Source: Verrucomicrobiia bacterium (GTDB taxonomy: Bacteria; Verrucomicrobiota; Verrucomicrobiia; Limisphaerales; UBA11358). From it: a stretch of DNA of 41,895 bases. The stretch lies in contig JBGPDH010000002.1 of assembly GCA_041482195.1 (NCBI GenBank), positions 1 through 41,895 on the forward strand, read 5' to 3'. Under the pieces are notes generated by a model. That model searched no databases. It worked only from the letters and a program-made list of their open reading frames with translations, and was not told where the DNA came from. The position numbers and the translations under genes are program-made. Positions 35,205-41,895 of the stretch are shown in pieces. Within the stretch, counting starts at the first letter, position 1. Each line of letters begins with the position of its first letter.

Positions 35205-36596
35205 ATGACACACATGTGCTGCCACCGTCTTTACCGTCTCCTGCTCGCCGTTGCCATCCTTGGTTTTTCACCGGCGCACGCCCAATCCGTTTCCACCACC
35301 GACACCCATCCGCCCGCGCCGCGTCGGCCTTGCATCATTTTCATTCAATGTGACGGTCTGGGTTACGGTGATTTGAGCTGCTACGGCCAGGCGAAATTTG
35401 GGACGCCCAATCTCGACCGGCTGGCCGCCGGTGGCATCCGGTTTACATGCTATTACGCGGGTAATGCCGCGAGTTCCCCGGCACGGGCCGCCCTGCTGTT
35501 GGGGCAAGCTCCGGCACACCTGAAACAGCACGCCGATGCGGATGTGCCACTGGCCGCAGACGACATCACGGTGGCGCAATGGTTACAGCAATCCGGTTAT
35601 CATACTGGTGTGATTGGCGAATGGTTCCTCGGCGGCGACGACACCACTGGCGCGCCGTGGCGGAAAGGCTTTGATGAATTCGCCGGTTACCTGGATCCGG
35701 GCGCTACGGTGGACTATTACGCCGGTTACTTGTGGCGTTATATGCCGTCCCCAACGGACAGTCGCCAGGTGGCCTTCCAGGGCCGGGAAACGCTTTACGA
35801 CAATGCGGACGGCAAACAAGGACTTTACATTCCGGACCTGCTCGCCAAGGCGGCCAATAATTTCGTCCGGGTTCATCAACCCAACCAAAACAATCATTAT
35901 CAGCCGTTCTTCCTGTTATTGAACTACACCGTCGCGCGACCCGGCGTGGGCAACACCATGCCGGTACCCACGGACGCACCCTATTCCGCCGAACCGTGGC
36001 CGCAACCGGAAAGGAACCGTGCCGCCATGATCGCCCGGCTCGACAATTGTATCAGCCAATTGCTCGGACAATTAAAAGAGCTGGGCAACGAGAGCAACAC
36101 GGTGATTTTCTTTTCCAGCGATACCGGCCCGCAAACCGGTGGCGGGGTGGACCCGAAATTTTTCGATAGCGCGGGACCGTTTCGCGGTCAACGGGGGCAG
36201 CTTTATGAAGGGGGCCTCCGGGTACCGATGATTGTCTACGCGCCGGGCCGGATTCCCGCCGGACAGGTGAGTGATTTCCCCTGGGTCGCCTGGGATTTTC
36301 TGCCAACCGCCCTGCAGATTGCGCTTCGGGAACCTCCCAAAAATATCGACGGCCTTTCCGTGCTGCCGACGTTGCTCGGGAGAACCCAGACCAATCGCCA
36401 CGACCTTCTATCCTGGCAACTCCAGGACCGTGACCTCGCGCAAGCCGCACGCATGGGTGATTGGAAAATCGTTCGCACGAAGGCCGACGGGAAATGGGAA
36501 CTCTACAACCTGAAAGCGGACCCGGGTGAAACGGAAAACGTCGCGGCCAAAAATCCGGAAGTGATTGCCAGGTTTGAGAAACTCCTGAGAAAGTGA
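35205..36596 (+). CDS. sulfatase-family protein (Ser-type active-site motif)
   Basis: Track ORF trimmed to ATG 35205, which gives the signal peptide MTHMCCHRLYRLLLAVAILGFSPAHA. The sulfatase core is IFIQCDGLGYGDLSCYG...TPNLDRLAAGGIRF...AASSPARAALLLG. SSPAR stands where CxPxR is usual. Confidence 0.85.
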   Translation: MTHMCCHRLYRLLLAVAILGFSPAHAQSVSTTDTHPPAPRRPCIIFIQCDGLGYGDLSCYGQAKFGTPNLDRLAAGGIRFTCYYAGNAASSPARAALLLGQAPAHLKQHADADVPLAADDITVAQWLQQSGYHTGVIGEWFLGGDDTTGAPWRKGFDEFAGYLDPGATVDYYAGYLWRYMPSPTDSRQVAFQGRETLYDNADGKQGLYIPDLLAKAANNFVRVHQPNQNNHYQPFFLLLNYTVARPGVGNTMPVPTDAPYSAEPWPQPERNRAAMIARLDNCISQLLGQLKELGNESNTVIFFSSDTGPQTGGGVDPKFFDSAGPFRGQRGQLYEGGLRVPMIVYAPGRIPAGQVSDFPWVAWDFLPTALQIALREPPKNIDGLSVLPTLLGRTQTNRHDLLSWQLQDRDLAQAARMGDWKIVRTKADGKWELYNLKADPGETENVAAKNPEVIARFEKLLRK

Positions 36597-36690
36597 CCAG
36601 GCGGTTGGAGTTCGCGCTTCAGCATGCCTTTGCGCGAGACGATGTTCCGGATGAATGGTTAAGCCAGTGACAACACTGCCGCCGGACCAT

Positions 36691-36787
36691 AGCGGTGCTA
36701 AAGTCACCGCAGTCCAGACGCTACGCGACTGCCGGACCTGGGCGAACCACGCGAAGCGTTTGGACTGCGGCGGTTGACCGCCGCTTT
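36691..36787. repeat. inverted pair of family-F3 hairpin units in the permuted arrangement (U'-U), forming a ~97-nt extended hairpin
   Basis: The units are AGCGGTGCTAAAGTCACCGCAGTCCA (36691-36716) and TGGACTGCGGCGGTTGACCGCCGCTTT (36761-36787). The stem continues through GACGCT / AGCGTT. It uses the same GGACTGCGGCGG / CCGCCGCTTT words as 18144-18218. Confidence 0.8.
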
Positions 36788-36852
36788 CGATTGGCGGCGT
36801 CTGACGCGGCTGCTTCAGCGCCCTTCTGCGGCTATAGGTTTTTGAATCTGCT

Positions 36853-37026
36853 CTAAGGCGCCGGGTTGGTCGTCGACGGCATGTTCAGGTTGCGTTCCTG
36901 TTCGACAGCACGGATGTCGATGAGCATCCACAAAATCGCCAGCATGAGCCCCAGCAAAAAGGCCGCCAGCACAAACCACGGCCACTTGTAACGTCGCGGC
37001 GGATTTTCCTCTAGTCCATCCATCAT
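36853..37026 (-). CDS. candidate 57-aa single-pass membrane protein (below the ORF-track cutoff)
   Basis: The reverse complement reads MMDGLEENPPRRYKWPWFVLAAFLLGLMLAILWMLIDIRAVEQERNLNMPSTTNPAP*. It has a clean TM helix and a positive-inside N-flank. No obvious Shine-Dalgarno sequence. Confidence 0.35.
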   Translation of the reverse strand: MMDGLEENPPRRYKWPWFVLAAFLLGLMLAILWMLIDIRAVEQERNLNMPSTTNPAP

Positions 37027-37165
37027 CGTCTTAATCGTAATCCTAATCTTAATCCATTTCCACAGCGATCAAGTTCATCTTAACCGGGACCTGATACAGA
37101 AATTCTCCCACGCGAAAACTCGACCTGCGACGATTTTCGATTAAGTTCAGCGCGGTTTCTCGTTA

Positions 37166-38491
37166 ATGAACAACGCCGAATCGCCAAATGATTTGAACTC
37201 GCCGCCGGGTGTTGCCGGCGCCGGCCCCTACGCCATTTTTCAGAACCGGGATTTTACGCTTTATCTGACCAGCCGGCTGGTGGGCATTACCGGCCAACAG
37301 ATGTTCACCATCGCCATCCTCTGGGAAATTTACGAGTTAACCCGCTCGGCGCTGGCCCTCGGTCTGGTGGGGCTGGTCCAAATGATCCCGATGTTCTTGT
37401 TCACGCTGCCGGCGGGACATGTCGCGGACAATTACAACCGCAAACGGATTGTGATATTGACGACGGCGGTTATTGCGGTGGCGAGCCTGGAGGTGGCCGT
37501 CATTTCCTGGTATCACGCGCCGGTGGTCTGGATTTATATTTGCCTGTTCCTGAGCAGTGCAGCCAATACCTTCATGCGGGCGGCCAACTCCGCCTATTTA
37601 CCCGCGCTGGTGGCCCGCACCGATTTTCCACGGGCGGTGAACTGGAATGCCGGCGCGTTCCAGCTCTCCTGCATTATCGGGCGGATCGCCGCCGGCGGTC
37701 TGATTGCCTGGATGATGTTGCACTATTTCAACCACCTCACTGATCCGGCGGCGGCAGCGCCGGTTTATGTCATCAACGCGCTGGCCTCGGTGGTTGTTTG
37801 CGTCCTGGTCGGCATGATCCGCCGGCAACATACCGTCAAAACCCGGGAAGCCATGACCCTTCAGGCCCTGTTGACGGGGTTCAAGTTCGTTTACGCGAGC
37901 AAGATTATTTTGGGGCTCATCACGCTCGACATGTTCGCGGTGTTTCTGGGCGGCGCGACGGCGTTGTTGCCCATTTATGCCGCGGATATTTTGTTTGTCG
38001 GACCAACCGGCCTTGGCTTTCTGGCGGCGGCATTGCCCCTGGGCTCCATCCTTTGTGTGTTCATCCTGAACCATCGGCCGCCATTGCAAAGAGCCGGACG
38101 CACGCTGTTGTGGGCCGTAACGATTTTTGGACTGGCCACGATTGCCTTCGGGTTTTCGAAATGGTTCTGGTTTTCGTTTGCCATGATGTTCGTCTGCGGC
38201 GCGGTGGACAACATCAGCGTGGTGGTGCGACACACGCTGGTGCAGATGCTCACGCCCGACGACAAGCGCGGGCGCGTCTCCGCCGTCAACAACCTGTTCA
38301 TCGGCACGTCAAACGAACTCGGCGAGTTCGAGTCCGGCACCGTCGCGCAAATCTTCGGGCCGGCCATCGGGAACACGATGGTCGCCGGCGCGGTGATTTC
38401 TGCCGTCTCCGGTGGAGTGGGGACCGTTTTAACCGTGATCGCCGTGGCGTTCATCTGGCCCGAAATCCGGCGTTACGGTAAACTGGCCTGA
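37166..38491 (+). CDS. MFS transporter (EntS / MFS_3-like)
   Basis: 441 aa with about 12 TM helices. The N-terminal region FQNRDFTLYLTSRLVGITGQQMFTIAILWEIYELT...PAGHVADNYNRKRIV is typical of the MFS_3 (transmembrane secretion effector) group. Confidence 0.8.
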   Translation: MNNAESPNDLNSPPGVAGAGPYAIFQNRDFTLYLTSRLVGITGQQMFTIAILWEIYELTRSALALGLVGLVQMIPMFLFTLPAGHVADNYNRKRIVILTTAVIAVASLEVAVISWYHAPVVWIYICLFLSSAANTFMRAANSAYLPALVARTDFPRAVNWNAGAFQLSCIIGRIAAGGLIAWMMLHYFNHLTDPAAAAPVYVINALASVVVCVLVGMIRRQHTVKTREAMTLQALLTGFKFVYASKIILGLITLDMFAVFLGGATALLPIYAADILFVGPTGLGFLAAALPLGSILCVFILNHRPPLQRAGRTLLWAVTIFGLATIAFGFSKWFWFSFAMMFVCGAVDNISVVVRHTLVQMLTPDDKRGRVSAVNNLFIGTSNELGEFESGTVAQIFGPAIGNTMVAGAVISAVSGGVGTVLTVIAVAFIWPEIRRYGKLA

Positions 38492-38565
38492 GAGCTGTCC
38501 AACGAAGAAAACGTGCAGCCTTTGCTTGAAGAGGTAGCGAGGCCATAATCGGTGTAATTTCATGC

Positions 38566-38594
38566 TAGACAACTATTTCAGCTCACCTTATACT
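38566..38594 (+). promoter_or_regulatory. candidate sigma70-type promoter of the orphan two-gene cassette
   Basis: TAGACA (38566-38571), a 17-nt spacer, then TATACT (38589-38594), about 80 nt upstream of GTG 38672. Pattern match only. Confidence 0.4.
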
Positions 38595-38607
38595 CACTTT
38601 GTGAAAA

Positions 38608-38640
38608 AGGATAGGCTGATCCTGGCACAGGATAGGCTGA
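38608..38640 (+). promoter_or_regulatory. two exact 12-bp direct repeats AGGATAGGCTGA phased 21 bp apart (candidate regulator binding site)
   Basis: The copies lie at 38608-38619 and 38629-38640, between the candidate -10 box and the start codon at 38672. Confidence 0.45.
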
Positions 38641-38671
38641 ATACCCAGCTGCCTACTAACTGTTCGGCAAA

Positions 38672-39139
38672 GTGAACTCTCGCGCAAAGAAAGGAATCAG
38701 ACTCGCTGTGTTCGTGACGCTACTCGTCATAACAAGCGCGGTCATTGGTTCGATAGGGGCCGGGACACTGCGGCACCTACTGGCATTCCTGTTCGCGATG
38801 TTTTGCGGATGTGCGGTGATTGAATTTTTCGCGCCGCTTGGTGCAGACAAACGGCTACTTCCTGACTTGGGTTACGGTCTGCTGCGGCTCATCTTCTTCA
38901 GCCTGCTGATTGGTCTCGGGTTCGCGGCTATTTCATACCTCATGCACTACGAGGACGAGAGCGATAAGGCCGCCATAGTCTACGTTTTATTTATCCCGCC
39001 GGCTGCCGTCGTTGGAAGCATTCTGGGATTCGTCGTGCGCCGATTCGATAATGCTGAAGAAAAGGGGCCGAACAAGGCGCCACATCCAACGCCCATGTCT
39101 GTCACGGATCGTGCTGCGCACGCTCCGCGCCAGCCATAG
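38672..39139 (+). CDS. hypothetical 4-TM membrane protein (155 aa)
   Basis: Track ORF with a GTG start. Four hydrophobic helices are followed by a charged, Pro-rich tail. The DNA is AT-richer than the core genes. No family recognised. Confidence 0.5.
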   Translation: MNSRAKKGIRLAVFVTLLVITSAVIGSIGAGTLRHLLAFLFAMFCGCAVIEFFAPLGADKRLLPDLGYGLLRLIFFSLLIGLGFAAISYLMHYEDESDKAAIVYVLFIPPAAVVGSILGFVVRRFDNAEEKGPNKAPHPTPMSVTDRAAHAPRQP

Positions 39140-39179
39140 GCGTGGCTGATCTTGGACGTTAGCCGTCAGACGGTCGCTT

Positions 39180-39599
39180 ATGATTGCGCGTTTCATTTAT
39201 CTGACTTTGCTTCTCTGCTGGGCAGCCAGAGCGGACGGCGTTCCCGATTTGAAGCGTGTTCATTCGAGTGAAGATTTGGCCAGATTTATTTCCTCGATGG
39301 TCACAAACGATGCCATGCCCAGTGTGGCTCTTGCTGGATTGGATAGCACCAATTCGATTGCTGTCACTCCTTACACGAGCGCGATTCCCATTCGCGAGAT
39401 TTATGGCACCATAGTCGAAGCACGATTTCTGGATACACTTGGAGATGGTTTTTGTGAGCCTGGCAAGAAATACGGCACTCGCGAGATTTGCTCGTTTCAA
39501 GATGACAAGGGCGAGGCGCAGCGGTTTCATATTGGGATTTTTGATGAGAAGCAGTATCGTCTGATGAGAGATTTGCTAAAGCGAAAGCTACAAAAATGA
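39180..39599 (+). CDS. hypothetical secreted protein (139 aa)
   Basis: Track ORF with an ATG start and a signal peptide (MIARFIYLTLLLCWAARADG). It is the most AT-rich coding region in the window by eye. No family recognised. Confidence 0.5.
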   Translation: MIARFIYLTLLLCWAARADGVPDLKRVHSSEDLARFISSMVTNDAMPSVALAGLDSTNSIAVTPYTSAIPIREIYGTIVEARFLDTLGDGFCEPGKKYGTREICSFQDDKGEAQRFHIGIFDEKQYRLMRDLLKRKLQK

Positions 39600-40151
39600 C
39601 GGCTAACACCTATTAAGCCCGATAGGTCAATAGGAAAAAACATTCCCTTGCGGAAAGATTTTTCTTTCCGATTAGCGTCCAGCGAACGAGGTGCTCCGTC
39701 TTAATTTCTCTTTACAGCTCGGCCGCGAGGCGCGCCGGCTAAACATCCGCCGTCGCTCAGAAGCTATGGCGGGACAGGCCTATCCGGACTCAATCGAGCG
39801 GGCCAGAGTCCAGTCACGAATGGCTGAACCCCGTAAAAGGGGCGTGGCCCCCACGGGGGCTTTACGCCCTCAACCCGCTTTCCAGGGACGCGATCCAACG
39901 CCGCGTCCCGGTCCAGAAACTCTATGCAGTACACCCACCCGCTATCCATTCAAGTCGAAGACGGCTGCCCACTTGGGCTCCAGTTTTTTGCGGACGTGCG
40001 GTTGGGGCGGAGTCGCCAAAATTCAATTTCGTTCTGTGGTGATGAGGTACCCGGCAATGATTCCCACAAGGTTCTGGATGTTACCCTGGTCAAAGAGTAA
40101 CCATGCGGCTTCCCGTGAAGGTTGAAGAATCAGGGGTCAAGCGAGTTGGAT

Positions 40152-40194
40152 TGCAAAGAAACAAACCGCCGGAACAATAAATCTGTTCCCGCGG
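40152..40194 (-). terminator. intrinsic terminator of the isomerase gene
   Basis: The minus-strand RNA reads CCGCGGGAACA-GAUUUAU-UGUUCCGGCGG, with 10 of 11 positions paired (plus-strand 40166-40194). It is followed by UUUGUUUCUUUGCAA. Confidence 0.7.
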
Positions 40195-40237
40195 TTGTTT
40201 TGAATTTATGCGACTGGTCTTGCCGGCAGCTTTTGTA

Positions 40238-41272
40238 TCAATACAGGCATTTGGCCAGGTAACCACCGAGCGCCGTGTACTGTTGCGTCGAACGGAACTT
40301 CGCAATCTTCTTCCGGTCAACCTTCACGGCCTTGGCCCAAAGTCGCTGGAGATTGGCCGCGCTGGTGTGCAGGATGTCGGCGATGTCTTCTTCCCGGTCG
40401 GTCCGCGGGGCTTTGACATCGAACGCGAGAATGCCTTCCCATTTCGCATCCTGGAGCACCACGCACAGGGCAAGGTCTTTCAACGGCTCCATGTAACCGA
40501 AGGGCATGTCCTGGTCGTAACGGGTGGTGTCCTGGGAATTTAAATGGATGTGGAACAGTTTCCCCGCTTCGAGGCAGAGTTCCACGTCCCAGACATAATC
40601 GAAACCGGCCATCCGGCTGTGTGCCGTTTCCGGATTCACGCCAAACAGCGGTTGCACGGCGGAATCCAGACGGCTGATGAGATAAAGCACCTCGCCGACG
40701 TTGCTCAAATACATGTTGGCGCGCGGCTCGTTCGGTTTTGGTTCGATGGCAAATAACGGGGACTTCTTCCCGTATTTCTTCAAAGCGTACTGACCGACGG
40801 CGTTGAAGCCGTCCAACATTCGACGGAAGGCATCCTGTCCGCTCTTGGCGAGAACAAAATCAAAGCCCTCACGCCCGTTCCAAAAGACCATGACTTCGGC
40901 GCCCAGTTCCACGGTGGCATCCACCGCCTGCAGAGCATTGCGCAACGCCAGTTTGCGGACGGCGCTGTCGTTGCTGGTCATGGCGCCGTCCTTGAAAACC
41001 GCGTTGGCGAAGAATGACGGCGTGTACATGCCCATCTTCAAATTGTGTTCCTTTAACACTTTTTTCGCCTTCGGTACATCGCTCATGGGAATTTCCACGT
41101 CGTGCGCCTCGATGTACGTAATGCCGGCTTTTGCCAGCAAAGGGATACGGTCCAAAACCGGGATCTCGCGGCGGGTAGGGCCGCCAAACGGGTCGCGACC
41201 TGCTCCCAGGTTCCATACGCCGGCGCCAATGCCCTGTTTTCCTTTCTTCGGTGTAATAATGATCTTGCTCAT
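40238..41272 (-). CDS. class-I (actinobacterial-type) xylose isomerase-like TIM-barrel sugar isomerase
   Basis: 344 aa. It aligns by eye with Streptomyces-type XylA: GRDPFG, FKDGAMTSND, VFWNGREG, AIEPKPNEPR, GVNPETAH..MAG, KLFHIHLNSQ and YDQDMPFG. It is shorter at the C-terminus than canonical XylA (~390 aa). Confidence 0.75.
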   Translation of the reverse strand: MSKIIITPKKGKQGIGAGVWNLGAGRDPFGGPTRREIPVLDRIPLLAKAGITYIEAHDVEIPMSDVPKAKKVLKEHNLKMGMYTPSFFANAVFKDGAMTSNDSAVRKLALRNALQAVDATVELGAEVMVFWNGREGFDFVLAKSGQDAFRRMLDGFNAVGQYALKKYGKKSPLFAIEPKPNEPRANMYLSNVGEVLYLISRLDSAVQPLFGVNPETAHSRMAGFDYVWDVELCLEAGKLFHIHLNSQDTTRYDQDMPFGYMEPLKDLALCVVLQDAKWEGILAFDVKAPRTDREEDIADILHTSAANLQRLWAKAVKVDRKKIAKFRSTQQYTALGGYLAKCLY

Positions 41273-41305
41273 GATCTTGCTGCCAAGGATGTGGTTGTCT
41301 AGGGT

Positions 41306-41895
41306 TTAATGGTTGGTTGAAAATTTATAGAGGATGGTGTTGCGGTAGGTCTGGCCCGGAAGCAATACCACCGGTGGAAAACCCGGTTGATTGGGTGAAT
41401 CCGGGAAATGCTGCGGTTCCAGGCACAACGCCGCGAAACGTTGATAGCCCTGCCCCGCCTTGCCGGTAATGCTGCCGTCCAGATAATTGGACGTGTACAG
41501 CTGCACTCCCGGTTCCGTGCTCAGCACTTCCAGCACGCGGCCGGACGCCGGTTCATGCACGCGCCCGTGCAGACCCAGCTCGCCGGCCGGTTTATCCACG
41601 ACGAAATTCTGATCGTAGCCTTTGGACTGTTTGAGTTGCGGATCATCGGCACGGATGCGGGCGCCAACAGCGGTGGGTTTGCGGAAATCGAACGGCGTGC
41701 CGCCCACGGATTTCAACTCGCCGGTCGGGATGAGCCCGCCATTCGCCGGGGTGAACCGGCTGGCATTAAGATAAACCTCATGGGCGAGCACATCACCCTC
41801 GCCGGCCAGATTGAAATACGAATGGCCCGTGAGATTGCACAGAGTCGGTGCGTCGGTGGTCGCGGTAAAATCGATCCGTAGTTCGTTTTCGTCCG
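41306..41895 (-). CDS. galM: aldose 1-epimerase (galactose mutarotase), C-terminal ~196 codons; gene continues beyond the right edge
   Basis: The reading frame stays open upstream of the track's GTG at 41791 up to the window end (...DENELRIDFTATTDAPTLCNLTGHSYFNLAGEGDVLAHEV...). HSYFNL, YDQNFV and LCLEPQHFPDSPN are mutarotase motifs. Confidence 0.85.
   Translation of the reverse strand, partial: DENELRIDFTATTDAPTLCNLTGHSYFNLAGEGDVLAHEVYLNASRFTPANGGLIPTGELKSVGGTPFDFRKPTAVGARIRADDPQLKQSKGYDQNFVVDKPAGELGLHGRVHEPASGRVLEVLSTEPGVQLYTSNYLDGSITGKAGQGYQRFAALCLEPQHFPDSPNQPGFPPVVLLPGQTYRNTILYKFSTNH

Noticed and set aside
39691-40125. The 144-aa plus-strand ORF, the 61-aa minus-strand ORF (39764-39949), and a short minus-strand frame ending ...FDQGNIQNLVGIIAGYLITTERN* near 40030-40140 that could be a gene remnant.
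   Set aside because: The translations are Arg/Pro/Gly-rich and run across the hairpin cluster. The possible remnant is only ~38 codons, preceded by a stop, and I cannot assign it to any family.
1-41895. A search by eye for tRNA, rRNA or tmRNA genes, CRISPR repeat-spacer arrays, IS elements, transposases, integrases, toxin-antitoxin pairs and known defence-system genes.
   Set aside because: I found no T-loop or acceptor signatures, no regularly spaced identical repeats, and no transposase-, integrase- or nuclease-like ORFs. Absence by visual inspection is not proof; tRNAscan, Infernal and ISfinder-type searches would settle it.

Overview
This window is about 42 kb of compact, high-GC bacterial chromosome. 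The gene content looks PVC/Verrucomicrobia-like, which is inference only: ExeA/GspB/CAAX genes of the PEP-CTERM type, prepilin-like N-termini, a sulfatase, a TAT-signal phosphoesterase, and an STxLxxW...FYRV secreted-protein module. I call about 42 protein genes, mostly housekeeping. They are bioD (5' end), tig, a TolC-family OMP, hisD-hisC, pyrF, fabD-fabG-acpP-fabF, prmC-murA, a zinc-ribbon Ser/Thr kinase, BamD-like and LptE-like envelope genes, guaA, recG, a CoaB-like gene, an Hsp70 paralog, ampG, a sulfatase, MFS and ABC-exporter-like permeases, a class-I xylose-isomerase-like gene and galM (3' part). I recognised no rRNA, tRNA, CRISPR array, transposase or integrase by eye. The most unusual content is not a gene cluster but several families of imperfect palindromic repeats. 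(1) A ~68-bp element is inserted in-frame, in the same orientation and reading frame, three times inside essential genes: once in hisC and twice in prmC, each time encoding GRV[TI]RVP. (2) A 72-bp palindrome occupies exactly 24 codons of recG, and a similarly built hairpin lies between fabD and fabG. (3) CTC/GAG triplet-repeat hairpins lie at two gene junctions, one of which supplies a poly-Ser tail to PrmC. (4) A GGACTGCGGCGG...CCGCCGCTTT hairpin unit occurs as inverted pairs in two permuted arrangements. Other points worth a second look:
- an orphan intrinsic terminator or leader upstream of a 112-aa gene;
- two ORFs below the track cutoff (a 49-aa prepilin-like protein and a 57-aa membrane protein);
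- an AT-richer two-gene orphan cassette with phased direct repeats, followed by ~550 bp of structured non-coding DNA;
- active-site substitutions in the sulfatase and the isomerase.
All coordinates of hairpins, repeats and start-codon revisions were derived by hand from the sequence. No database search or folding calculation was possible.
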